From contig NC_059426.1 of NCBI RefSeq assembly GCF_021028975.2, positions 159,216,001-159,280,000 of the forward strand: a stretch of DNA of 64,000 bases. The letters are read 5' to 3'. Numbering within the stretch: position 1 is the first letter of the stretch; every line of letters starts with the position of its first letter. Positions 52,162 through 64,000 of the stretch are shown piece by piece. The stretch is from Sphaerodactylus townsendi. Its lineage: Eukaryota. Below the pieces are notes generated by a model. That model saw only the letters and a program-made list of their open reading frames with translations, was not told the origin of the DNA and did not search any database. A program made the translations under genes and the position numbers.

Positions 52162-52959
52162 CCAGATTGAAGGAATGTACTGTTCTTTGATCAAGGATAT
52201 ACAATAGCTGTGCTCCCTTGCTAGAATCTCCAAACAAGCTCTCAGTGCATTACTCGCAATATTCATATACCTTCTGGCTTCAGTTTTGCTGACTATTTGT
52301 AAAGCCACCATCACTTCTATTACTACTACTGTAAATACATTAACTCATTTCCACAAAAACCTCTCACAATGATTCTCCTTGAAAAGATGTAATCATTTTC
52401 TCCAAAAGATGCCAGAAGTCAGCAGGCAGAAACCGTCAAGAGAAGTTCTGCGATATCAAGTCATTTCAACAGACTTCACGTGGATCATTTTAATGTGTTT
52501 TTAATGCATTAAAAAAGCAAGCAAAGTTGCAAGAGGTGACGTTAATTTGTGAAAATCACAATGCTGAAATAATTGCAATATCAACAAAGGCACATCCACT
52601 CTGGAGTGTTGCGTCCCGAAGGTTAATGACACTTCTGTGACAGAATCAAAGGTAGTATTCTAAAATGTATTTCTCCTGGAAACTTCTGGCAAGATTGATA
52701 GGACAGGAATGGGGAAATGGATCTTTTGGATGCATGGCAGAGGATTCTGGGATGCAATCTAGAGCACATGCTGAGTTGATGCAGGAAACCACCCAGGCCT
52801 GTAGGCCTGACTGGTGTTTCACGTGCAAGGAAATGTGCCCAACCCGTCCAACAGCTGCACATGGCAGAGAAAAGGTCATAACGGCAAACAAGCTGTCTTG
52901 CACCATTAGTGATTTTCTCAGTGAAGACAGGCTGATTATCTTGCAAGGATTCTCGGAGT

Positions 52960-54817
52960 TTTTAGGGAGATTGCAGGGAGATTGCAGAGAAGCTGAATGA
53001 ATTCTTTGCATCTGTCTTCACCCAAGAGGAGGTGAGGAACATTCCTGCACCTGAACCAAGCTTCTTAGGAGGCGAATCCGAGGAACTAGCGAAGATAGTG
53101 GTAGACAAGGAAGAAGTTCTGGCAGCCATTGATAAACTAAATGTTACCAAATCCCCTGGCCCAGATTGCATTCACCCAAGAGTTCTTAAAGAGCTCAAGC
53201 ATGAAATTGCTGATCTTCTCACTTTAAATATGCAACTTAGCTTATCCCCTGAAATCAGGCTCCATCCCTGAAGACTGGAAGATGGCCAATGTCACACAAT
53301 CTTTAAGAAAGGGATCTAGGGGGGGGACCAGGGGGTACAGACCAGTCAGTTTGACATCTGTTCCTGGTAAATTAGTAGAATCTATCATTAAAGATAAAAT
53401 TATAAAACATGTAGAAGCAAGACCTGCTGAGAAAGAGTCAGCGCTGGCTTTTGCAGAGCAAATCCTGTCACCCCTGGAAACTTACTAGAGTTCTTTGAGG
53501 GTGTAAACAGGCATGTGGACCAGGGGGGGTGAACCGATTGGACATTGTCTACTTGGATTTCCAAAGGCTTTTGACAAGAGTTCCTCACCAGAGACTGTTG
53601 AAAACTCAGCAATGAAGGGAATAAGAGGGGAATTCCTCCTATGGATTAAAAACTGGTTGAGAAACAGGGAAACAAAGAGTGGGTGTAAATGGGAAGTTCT
53701 CACAATGGAGAGATGTGGGGTGGTGTCCCCAAGGGATTACGTTTTGGGACCAGTGCTCTTTAACCTATTCATAAATGACTAGGTAGAGTTGGGTAGCGTG
53801 GTGACTGAAGTTTGCAGATTTTAATTATGTAGGATGGTGAGGAACCACAAAGGATTCTGAAGAGCTCAAGCAGACCTTGATAAATTGGGTAAATGGGCTC
53901 AGAAATGGCAAAATGCAGTTCAATGTAGCAAAATGTAAAGTGATGCACATAGGGGCAAAAAATCCAACTTCACATACAGCTACAGGGGTCGGTGCTATCA
54001 GTCTGAACCAGGAAGGGGATTTAAGTCTTAGTTGATAGTTCCATGGGAATGTCAAATCAATACATGGCAGCTGTGAAAGGCAAACTCTATGCTGGGGATG
54101 ATTAGGAAAGGAATTGATAATAGAGCTACAAGATTGTCATGCCCTTATGTAAAGCAGTGGTCGACCGCGCCGGAGTACTGTGTCCAGTTCTGAGTGCAGC
54201 GCATCTCAAAGGATATTGAGGAGATAGAAAAAAAGTGCAGAGAACCTTAAGGATGATTGAGGGACTGGAGCACCTTCCCTATGAGGAAGGCTGCAAGCGT
54301 TTGGGACTCTTAGTTTTGGAGAGGGCTGACTGAGGGGGGGATATGATTGAGTCTACAAAATTATGCATGGGGTGAAAATAATGGAGCAGAGAAATTTTCT
54401 CTCTTTCTCACAATACTAGAACCAGGGGGCATTCATTGAAAATGCTGGGGGAAGAATTAGGACTAATAAAAGGAAACACTTCTTCCATGGTGTGATTTAG
54501 TTGTTTGGAATATGCTGCCTGCCACAGGAGGTGGTGATGGCCACTAACCTGGATAGCTTTAAAGGGGCTTGGACAGATTTATGAGAAGGGAGAAGTCGGT
54601 CTGTGGCTACCTGTCCGCAGTCCTCTTTGATCTGAGATTGCAAATGCCTTAACAGACCAGGTGATAAAGAACGGCAGCTGCAGAAGCCATTAGTTCACAT
54701 CCCATGTGAGGCTCCCAAAGGCACCTAATTTGGAGCCACTCACAGTAACAGAGTGCTGAACTAGATGGACTTTGATTACAGATCAGCTGGCTTGTTCTTA
54801 TGTTCTTATATGTTCTT
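52960..54817 (+). mobile_element. CR1 LINE (RT region to 3' end), heavily frameshifted
   Basis: KSPGPDCIHPRVLKEL, YRPVSLTSVPGKLVE, FPKAFDK and LGPVLFNLFIND motifs, CR1 tail. Confidence 0.9.
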
Positions 54818-54928
54818 TGGTACATTATTTGGAAACCATTACAGCCAGCAGTTGTTTTAACGTGCAATAAATGCATAATCTGGTTGGTTGGATCCAGACT
54901 AAATTTTCTGATGGCAGAATGCAACCTT

Positions 54929-55332
54929 TAAGAACATAAGAACATAAGAACTAGCCTGCTGGATCAGACCAGAGTCCATCTAGTCCAGCACTCTGCTACT
55001 CGCAGTGGCCCACCAGGTGCCTTTGAGACTCCATTTTGAGGAGGTGAAAACAATGGCCTGCTGCTATATACTCCCTGGTACCTAACTAAAGGCATTTGCA
55101 ATCTGAGATCAAAAGGAGGATTGGTGGTATACATAGATCGACTTCTCCATAAATCTGTCCAAGCCCTTTTTAAAGTTATCCAGGTTAGTGGCCATCACCA
55201 CCTCCTGAGACAGCATATTCCAAACACCAATCACATGTTGTGAGAAGAAGTGTTTCCTTTTATTAGTCCTAATTCCCCCCCACCCCACCCCAGCATTTTC
55301 AATGAATGCTCCCTAGTTCTAGTATTGTGAGA
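54929..55332 (-). mobile_element. CR1 3' end, inverted relative to its neighbour
   Basis: (TAAGAACA)n tail and CR1 3'UTR, same subfamily as the neighbour. Confidence 0.85.
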
Positions 55333-56072
55333 CCTGCTCCCCCTACCCACTGCAGCCTTTTGATCCCCACAAAATGCTCTTCATGGAAGACAGGAGACAC
55401 ACACGCCCAAAATGGTTTGTAATGGGAAGAGGGTATTGGTGGAAATGGCTATAATTCAGTCTGAATCCAATCAATATTTTTTGACCCGGGGGGGTGGTGT
55501 TAAGGAAAATGAGGACAAAATCCTAAATTGCACTGTTGTCAAAAAAGCTGATAAAATTTTAGAACCAGCCCCCCGCCCCTTATGTCCAGGTAAGAATAAA
55601 ATTCATTGCTGTGATTTTCATGCCTCTTTGTTAACACCATTTCAAATTTTATTTGGTTCACCAGATTACTGAGTATTTTTATTTTACTTCTATGCAGCTG
55701 TGCGCATGCAGGGGAAGGGGTAACTGTTCTCCTATCAAATCCTTTTCGGAATCGCATGAGAAACCTGACCAGAAGCTATCATCAGGAGCAATATTTAGAG
55801 CTGTCCTTGACCAAAAGGGGGAAAAGGGGGGGGGGGAATTGCCCAGTCTTCTATGCTGCTTGTCCAGGGTTGAAAACGGCTAATAAAGGGTCTCTTTTTA
55901 TTGTGCATTGAGCAGCCATAATGTCAAATGCACAATTTCCAGAAGAAATGTGAATAAAAACCCATCAGAAAATACCCAAGTTATTCATCCACACATTCTG
56001 TGGCACTTTGTTTCGATCTCTTTCCCTTTGTACTTCCTTTCTACTCTCTTTCCCCTTTCCTGAAGTGCATTA

Positions 56073-56086
56073 GTTGCTATGGAAAC
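56073..56086. promoter_or_regulatory. RFX X-box motif
   Basis: GTTGCTATGGAAAC matches the 14-bp X-box consensus and is not within any repeat I recognised. Confidence 0.5.
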
Positions 56087-56819
56087 AACCATTAGTATAG
56101 GCCCCATTCAGATGCATTCACTGGTGCTATATAAACAGTCGGTTTAGATAACAGCACAGCAAATGCCAGTATGTGTGACCTGACCAGCCAAGTGCCACAA
56201 TAATATTTTTAAAAGAGGCCGGGGACAATGGTTCACTCACTTGTTGTACTACATTAAGCACCAGTGCACGGCCTCCCAAAGCATCCAATACCACACAACT
56301 TTTCTATATCTACCATTGCCACACGATCCTGCCAACAAAAATTATAAATTTAGGAGTAGGTTAATGGGTCTGAAGAAAGAAAATGGGGAAAAATGTTTTA
56401 AAAATAAATGGACAACACGCAGGCTCATTGTCCCATAATAGGTATTTCAGAACACTTTTCCTGAAGTTCCAGTTTTAATTAAAAAGAAAACAGATCCCTT
56501 TTATTTCCAGAGATATAAGAAAAAACGCCCACTTCTCAGTGCTTGGTTTTACTTATTGATTAATGCTTAGTTTTATTGTTTTTTACATTATTATGATGTT
56601 TAATTTCAATAACATGTATGAGATTTTGCGGTGTCACGATGACTTGTATCCCCAAACATGATACATGTGTTACCATAAGATTTTGGTCTGGAATAGTGCA
56701 ATTTTTAAAAGTACAACTCTTTGAACGGAATATGTTTATAAAATATTTTAAATGAATGTTTATATAATTGATTCAGTTTGACTAGAACTTCATTTAGAGG
56801 ATTATATGACATTTTAGAC

Positions 56820-56929
56820 CAGGGGTCTGCAACCTGCGGCTCTCCAGATGTTCATGGACTACAATTCCCACTAGCTGATGGGATTTGTAGTCCATGAACA
56901 TCTGGAGAGCCGCAGGTTGCAGACCCCTG
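56820..56929. mobile_element. Palindromic hAT MITE
   Basis: TIR CAGGGGTCTGCAACCTGCGG, TSD (T/A)TTTAGAC. Confidence 0.88.
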
Positions 56930-57177
56930 ATTTAGACAATTTATGTGAAAATTTAGAAGGGCAGACTCTTGGGTGATCGAGATGAAAAAATAAGGATCTG
57001 AAGCTTTGAATGAGGGGAACACTTACTGAGGAACCCCCTGCCACTGAAAATGTATCAAAACTTGTTCCTTCTTTGTTTTTTGTTATTGTCTTGTGGCTTG
57101 TCTATGTTAGAGGTCCTTAATGTGGTGCCCGTGGCTACCGTGGTACCCATGGACACTTTTCATGGCACCCACCAAAT

Positions 57178-57449
57178 GCCAGAGTGGTGTAGTGGTTAAG
57201 AGAGCTGGACTTGAAACTGGAGAACCAGATTTGATTCCCACTCCTCCACATGAGTGGCAGACTTTAATCTGGTGAACTGGGTTTGATTCCCCACTGCTGC
57301 ATGTGAAGCCTACTGGGTTACCTTGGACCAGTCACAGTTCTTTCAGAACTCTCTCACCCCTGCCCACCTAACAAGGAAAGGTGATTTTAAGCCACTTTGA
57401 TAATCCTTTTGGTAGAGGAAAGCAGGGTATAAAACCAACTCCTCTTCTT
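57178..57449 (+). mobile_element. tRNA-derived squamate SINE
   Basis: Head, body and tail as in the other copies. Confidence 0.8.
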
Positions 57450-58639
57450 TAGAAAGTTGACGAAGCTAAGTGGGGCTTTTGCCTAGGCCTCACAATACGA
57501 CTAACTAGTCAGTAACTGTTTTATCTGTGTGGCTGCACTGAAAGTTTAAATCTGCTTTTATGTTATTGTTCCACTGTTTTAATATGAACTGTATTTCAAA
57601 TTAATATCATTTGCAGTGAAAGCAAACTGTTGTGAAAACTGTTTTGAGGCTTTGTCTGAAGACAGAAAAGTAAATAAAAATGTCCTAGAATCTCAAAGAC
57701 CAATATATCATGAAAATTGCCAGAGACAAAGTAAAAAAAGCAGCCTTTATAGTGATTACTTCAACCTTTTGAATTCATGCTTGACTCACACATCACATCA
57801 GTAAAGAAAGGATTTAAAAAAACAAACCCCCAAACATCTCCTTAGCTCAATCGGCAGGATGATTCATTCAGAAATGTGAGGAGAAATCACACCATTTAGT
57901 TTTAACACACTGTCATCACCATTTGGTGAGAAGTATTTTGGTGAGAACATGCTGAAAAATACACTTTCTTCCTCTGGATCAGGATAAGCAGGAGCGTCGC
58001 TGTCTTTTGGAAGGAAAATGTTGCCCAGCTGGGGAAGATACTGAACTGTGAGTAAAAAGAAATGCACAAAAGCCACAACATCACACGGAAAATCCTGCTT
58101 CCTTGCAAGCACACAAGACGTGAAAATGAAGATGGAGAAACTTGGCATAATGATTTCCCTTCCACTCAACTATAGCTGTCTATATTGAAAAGCTCTTTCA
58201 ATATTTGGAAAAGGATTACGGGAAGGCCTAGTCATGAAGGGATTTATATGACTAAAATTTAATGCCTCAGCTGGCAGAAGACCCCCTCCCTCCTAGCCCA
58301 GCTGTCTCCCCTTCCTCCAAGAAAGAAAGGAGGAACAGGAATACCCTCAAACGTATGTGGCCAGACCCCAAGAGAAATGCTGTGGTTTTCAAGGTCCCAT
58401 TCCTTCCTGAGAAATGAAATGGGCAAGGAGCCACATGAATATATGATGGGAACTTCAGAGGATAAATGTCTAATCCTTAAACAGGGCTGGCCCTGCCATC
58501 AGGCAGAGTGAGCCAACCAGTCCCAGGCTGCGGCTCTGGGCATTGTACTGCACTGTCAATCATTGAATTCATCATTATATTTTGCATCATAAACGGTGGT
58601 GGATTTTCTGCCTCAGGCACCAAAGGATCTCGAGCTGTC

Positions 58640-59320
58640 TCTGTCGACAAACTTGTCACTCAGGAAATAAGATCAGAAGGTATTTGAAGAGTATTTTGTA
58701 TGGAGGGGAGCTGTACGTAGGGAAGAATGTAGTGGCTAAGGTATTGGGTATCAGTGTGGGAAATGTGGATTCAGATGGATCCAGTAGGAGCAATGAAGAA
58801 GCATGACCTTTATCTACATGCAAATGGACATCATCAGCAAAAGCCAGCAAGGCTGTCTGTGCCCCACAATCCCGCCTGAAACCAGACTGAAAAGGGTCCA
58901 GAGCCCTTGAGTTATATGAGAAGAACTAGAATTGATCTTGGCCATAATAATTTTTCTGCAGGGATAGGTGGGTTTTTTTTAAGCAGTGAACCATCTCTTT
59001 GAGTGGCTGGGGGAAAATACCATGGGTTAGTGACTGATTTGTGATAGACATCAAGACCTGGTTCATGTGATGTTTACATGGTATTAGAAGCCAGGGTAAA
59101 CAAAGATCCAGTGCACAAGGGATATCCTTGTCCATAGGGATATCCATAGAGATATCCATGTCCATCTCAGCAACAGGTCAAAATGGCCCATGAGAAGCCC
59201 AGATGGAGTATTTGGCATTTCATCCACATGGCTTATTTTACAGGTGACAATGTCCTGATGTAGTTTATCAGCATAAAACTTTGCAGAGGTATCACAGCTA
59301 ATTATCTCTTCTGGAGACAT
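58640..59320 (-). mobile_element. Old L2-type LINE RT fragment
   Basis: CALDLCLPWLL...ITNQSLTHGIFPQPLKE and SLLLLLDPS are degenerate L2 RT motifs. Confidence 0.6.
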
Positions 59321-59325
59321 TAAAG

Positions 59326-59463
59326 CAGGGGTCTTCAAACTATGGCCCTCCAGATGTTCATAGACTACAATTCCCATGAGCCCTACCACTTGGCCATGCT
59401 GGCAGGGGCTGATGGGAATTGTAGTCCATGAACATCTGGAGGGCCATAGTTTGAAGACCCCTG
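59326..59463. mobile_element. Palindromic hAT MITE
   Basis: TIR CAGGGGTCTTCAAACTATGG, TSD CATTAAAG. Confidence 0.9.
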
Positions 59464-59534
59464 CATTAAAGGCTTGAATGTAAGGCTCAAAGGACGTTGA
59501 CAGCTGGACTGCCCTGTCGCGAATAGCCCAAGCT

Positions 59535-59690
59535 AGCCTGAGCTCATCAGATCTCAGTCGCTAAGAAAGGTTGGCCCTTTTTAGTGGTTGGACGGGAGAC
59601 CGCCAAGGAAGTCCAGGATCACAGGCAATGGCAAACGACTTCTGGAAGTCTCGTGCCCTGAAAATCCCCCAGTATTGCCATAAATCAGCT
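59535..59690 (+). mobile_element. 5S rRNA-derived SINE
   Basis: GCCTGAGCTCATCAGATCTCAGTCGCTAAG...GGACGGGAGACCGCC resembles 5S rRNA boxes A and C. Degenerate, not a gene. Confidence 0.65.
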
Positions 59691-59724
59691 GCGATTGATG
59701 TTTAAAAAAGAGGATATCAAGATC

Positions 59725-59910
59725 AATGTATTGTCGAAGCCTCTCACGGCCGGGATCACTGGGGTGCTGTGTGGTTTCCGGGCTACATGGCCATGTTCTA
59801 GTAGCATTCTCTCCTGACCTCTGAAGATGCCAGCCACAGATGCAGGCGAAATGTTAGGAGAGAATGCTGCTAAAACACAGCCATACAGCCCGGAAACCAC
59901 ACAGCACCCC
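59725..59910. mobile_element. Penelope-derived fold-back element
   Basis: 12-bp TSD GAT(A/G)TCAAGATC, CTGAAGA...GAAATGTT core at 59821. Confidence 0.8.
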
Positions 59911-60879
59911 GATGTCAAGATCCCTTAAACAACTGGGATGATTGAGAGCTGGCTGATGCAATAGCCACAGAGAAATAATGTTTCTTTCTTGCTGTTATTG
60001 CCACTTCACAATTCCTCTGAATGGCTCTATAGCTTGTCTACAACAACATGAGACTGCTGAGGGAAATCACCTAGGGATTTGGGCTGGATTGAAATCAAGA
60101 GAAGATCATATTCCGCTCTATCTTGTGCTTTCAGAGGATCCCAGGGAGACTGTAGAACTGAAGTGGAGGCAGTATTGGGATGGCTGAGGGTTAATAAATG
60201 GAATCGTAGTCCTGATAAAACAGAAGTGCTAGTAAGTAGAAGGAACTGAAGGTTGCCAGTGTTGCAACAACACATGCCAGGAGATACTGAGGGCAGTGCA
60301 CTAGCATATGATGGGGCAAGCCAGGGCATGAGCTCCAGGTGCTACTTGCCTAAGCGTGCCCAAACCGCCCTTTGCAAAGCAAGAAGCCTCTGCCACTCGG
60401 GGGGCTGGTCTACCTTCGATTAAGGAGCAATATGTAGCCCTTGGCCCCATGGAGGTAAGAGTTAGTAGACCAAACCTCTGGGGAGCTGGTCCAACTGCAG
60501 TTGAAAGTGATGGGTAGACCTGGCATCCAGGAAGATCAGACGTACCAATACTTCTCAACGGCAGGTAGACCAGCCCTCTGGACCCATGGCTTCAAGCTAA
60601 AGAAGACTAATCAGATAGGGGGAGGGGGCACAATTTTAGTGCTTGTTCTGAGCGCTATTTTCTGTAGATACACCCCTGGGGCAGTTCCTGGGAGTTTGGA
60701 GCAGAAGTGTTGTACAGTTTCCAACCTCCAGCTAGAGAGTGGAGATCTTCCGAAATTACGACTGACATCAGTTCCTCTTCTCCATAAAGATATGGAGAAA
60801 TTCCTAGAATATAACCACAAAGACCATTTTCCAGCCTTTTCTTCCACCACTCCTCACCATCTCACAGGGAGGAAACAGG

Positions 60880-61790
60880 GGCTGAGGATGGAGGTTTTCC
60901 TGGAACAAGGAAGCAAATTGTTCCCTGTTCTGGATGAGGTTGCATTCCCCCTAAAAGAGCAGGTTCATAGCTGGGGGGTGGGGGTTTGCTGCTGCTGCTG
61001 GACACAGGCCTCCTGCTGGATAAGCAGGTAATACCAGTAGCCACAACTGCCTTCCACCAGCTTTGACTCGCGAGGCAGCTGCAGCCCTTCTTAGGGGGAA
61101 AAAAAAGGATCTTGCCATTGAGGTGCATGTCCCAGTAACATCTAGATTAGATTACTGCATGCTCTATATGGGGCTGCCACTGAGGAGTGTCTAGAACAGT
61201 GTTTCCCAACCTTTTCGAGGTCAGGGTACCCTTGACCTCACTCTTCATATCTCACGGTACCCCTGCCACCACCCCCCACCTTCCCCTCCCATTGCTCCTG
61301 CTTGCCACACACCCCACCTTCCCCTCCCAGGGTGAAGGGAAGCACGGGGGGAGCGGGTTGCTGACCTTGTGGCAGGCCCTGCCCCATGGGCCAGCTCCAT
61401 GTCCTTGTTGGCACCGGTGGGAGACACCACAAAAATGAGGGGGAGGGGCAGTAGTGTTGCCGCGGTACCCCTGCAACATGCTCACGGCACCCCAGAGTAC
61501 CACGGAACCCTGGTTGAGAATGGCTGGTCTAGAAGTTAAAAATGATGCAGAATGCAGTGGTCAGAATGCGGAAGGAATCAGATCAGATCATTCCAGCCTT
61601 GTTCCAACTACGCTGGCTCCCCATTTGCTTCCAGGCCTAGTTCAAGGTGCTGGTATTGACCTTTAAAGCTATGTGAGGCATGGGACCAGCTTTTGGGACC
61701 TATATGAACCTACCTGAGCACTAGAATCATCTTCAGGGGTCTTGCCTTTGGTGCTACTATCAGCTGATACCAAATCGGTGGCCATCTGGG
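60880..61790 (+). mobile_element. L2-type LINE 3' region interrupted by a hAT element (61197-61526)
   Basis: L2-like TCTAGATTAGATTACTG (SRLDYC) motif. The insert has TIR CAGTGTTTCCCAACC and perfect TSD GTCTAGAA. Confidence 0.7.
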
Positions 61791-62224
61791 TGGTACCTCT
61801 CCCTCCCCTTAAACTCCCTTTTTGTTTTTTTGGGACCTGTACCAGATCCCTCCTGGTGTTAACTCCAATCCCAGCCCAAACTCAGAAGTTTGTTGGGGTG
61901 GTCTCTATGTGGCTATGTATTTTTAGGAGGGGGGCTGGAATGGGAGATGATATATTAGTGGAATTTTAAGGACAGTTTTTATATAATTGTATTTTATTGT
62001 GTTTTTATGATTGTACCCCACCCAGGGACTCTGGTGATAGAAAGGAAATAAATTTACCGAAATAATTTTTTTTAACTTAAGAAAGAATCTTGGTTGAGCC
62101 ACCAAAACGATGGAATTCCTCCTCAGAGAGATTCATTTGTCTCCCTTGATCACTGCCTTTTTGCCAGTGGCTGAAGACTTTTCTGCTTTGTTTGGCATTC
62201 TCTCTCTGATCCTCTTCCCTGTTT

Positions 62225-62697
62225 ATGCAGAAGGATATTGACAATCTGGAAGGCGACCAAAGGCGACCAGAGGAAGGTAAAAGGTCTGGAATCCGTGCCC
62301 TACGACTTAGGGAGCTGGGTATATTTAGTTTGGTGACGAGAAGGTTAAGAGGTGACATGAAAGCCGTGTTTAGATATTTGAAGGGATGTCATGTTGGGGA
62401 GGGAGCAAGCTTGTTTTCTGCTGCTCCAGAGACTAGGACCAGGAGTAATGGGTTCAAGGTGAAGGAAAAGAGATTCCACCTAAACATCAGGAAAAACTTC
62501 CTGACAGTCAGGGCTGTTCAACAGTGGAATGCACTACCTCGGAGTATGGTGGAGTCTCCTTCTTTAGAGGTTTTTAAAGAGAGGCTGGAAGGCCATCTGT
62601 CAGAAGTGCTTTGATTGTGTGTTCCTGCATTGCAGGGGTTGGACTTGATGGCCCTTGGGAGTCTCTTCCAACTCTATGATTTTATGATTCTATTCTA
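62225..62697 (+). mobile_element. CR1 LINE 3' end
   Basis: LRELGIFSL...RRLRGDM...RFHLNIRKNFLTVRAV, ATTCT tail. Confidence 0.88.
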
Positions 62698-63272
62698 TGT
62701 TCCAGTCTGTTGTGCTGGAGCATAGCAAAAAGCAAACATGTTTCCTTTCCATTTTGTTTAATTGTTATATATAAAAGATTTAATGTTTTTTATTGGTTTC
62801 CATATTGGAGACCCTCAATTAGATGGAAGGGCGGTCTAAAATGATTTAAATAAAGTAATTCTAGTGAGGTAGCTGTGTTCGTCAACTGCAGCAAAATTAA
62901 ACACCAATCTTGTGGCACCTCGATTATATTTCAGCATAAACTAGAATTCATATAAACATTTGTAGCACACTGTCGGTTTTCATGGAGAGAGCATGTACCT
63001 GTCCTGCTAGGCATGAGGAACACAAAACATACCACACTATTTCCCTCACAATTTAAATGAAAATATCCATTCACTGCTACTTTCTAATCAGTTTTTAAAT
63101 TAGCTTTGCAATTCCAAAGCACCCAAGAACATGCCAACTTTTCACTTTGCCAGCCCTCTGCCCAGCCTGCCCACTGACCAGCAGAGCAGTTGATGCAAAG
63201 AGATTGTGACATTTCATTATCGGGCACCCACTATTCGGATGGACTGAGGGCATCCAATTTAAAACAAACAAA

Positions 63273-63298
63273 ACACACACACACACACACACACACAC
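63273..63298. repeat. (AC)n microsatellite
   Basis: About 13 AC units. Confidence 0.95.
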
Positions 63299-64000
63299 TA
63301 ACCCTCTCCCAGTCTCTCTCTCCCTCTCCCATATTTAATTTGGTTTGCTGTCCTAAATCATGTTGTGATGAATTTACAACTGTGAAAGCAAAATGCTCGG
63401 CCACAGGGCACATGCTGGGAAACACCAATTTTTGCAGAGCAGAGGATAAGGTCAGAAGAGGAGTAATATGGATTCTGCCTCAATCAACAGACTGTTCCCT
63501 CTGTTACACTGGATTTCTCTGCAATTCCTGATATTAGCAAGGATTTGGGTTTTTTTTTAATCCCGGTCTTTCAATAGAGGAGAACTTTTCTCCAGTTGCT
63601 TACCACATTCATCTGCTGTTTAATTTGCCTCCCATTAATCATGCCGAGCAGCCGGCCTTGTAAACATTCACATTCATGAATTAACCATCGAGTTTGTCCA
63701 CAAGCCAAGCCACGGCAAGTGCCGTCTGCCTGTGCGGCCCAGACATCATCTTGTCAGACCCAACATATCTTCAGGGCCTTGGCAGAGTTTTAGTGAAATC
63801 GACTTAAGAAGAACAAGGGTTTACATCCCCTGCCTTTGATTAATAACAATGAAAACCCCTTCTTTTTAAAAAAAGCCTCCTTTCCTGTTACACTTGCATA
63901 TATTTAACTGCTTCGCTGCTTTGTGGAAGTGATTCTGTAAGGACATTCAGAATTGAAAATGTACTTTAATACACATGCATCCACACCATTGTCCTGTACA

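Noticed and set aside
55539-55757. ORF starting MRFRKGF as the missing CCDC85C exon
   Set aside because: Only RKGF matches. The expected SPYHSESQL motif is absent and the splice signals are unconvincing.
59535-59620. 5S rRNA gene
   Set aside because: Partial, diverged and fused to a SINE body.

Overview
Vertebrate genomic DNA, not prokaryotic. The repeat content (tRNA- and 5S-derived squamate SINEs, CR1, L2, Penelope, hAT MITEs) points to a squamate reptile, probably a gecko (inference). The window contains three gene elements. (1) A CpG-island bidirectional promoter at about 5.4-6.65 kb. (2) The complete cyclin K gene CCNK on the + strand: 11 exons, a 1755-nt CDS (584 aa), a U12-type minor intron 2, and a polyA signal at 25847. 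(3) The last three coding exons and a long 3'UTR of CCDC85C on the - strand, convergent with CCNK. A non-coding first exon heading leftwards is probably SETD3, but this rests on synteny only. The introns are dense in transposons. The most striking hidden structure is a family of at least 7 short fold-back Penelope-derived insertions with 12-13 bp target-site duplications (TSDs), built around a minimal hammerhead-ribozyme core (CTGAAGA...GAAAC-GTH) that is intact in several copies. Other leads: a decoy U12 3' splice site, an E-box-rich possible alternative terminal exon in CCNK intron 10, hAT MITEs with one shared ZNF143/THAP11-like core but different termini, LTRs next to the promoter, nested hAT insertions, and RFX X-boxes in a CCDC85C intron. 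Gene and family identifications come from recalled sequences and were not database-verified. TE boundaries without TSDs are approximate.
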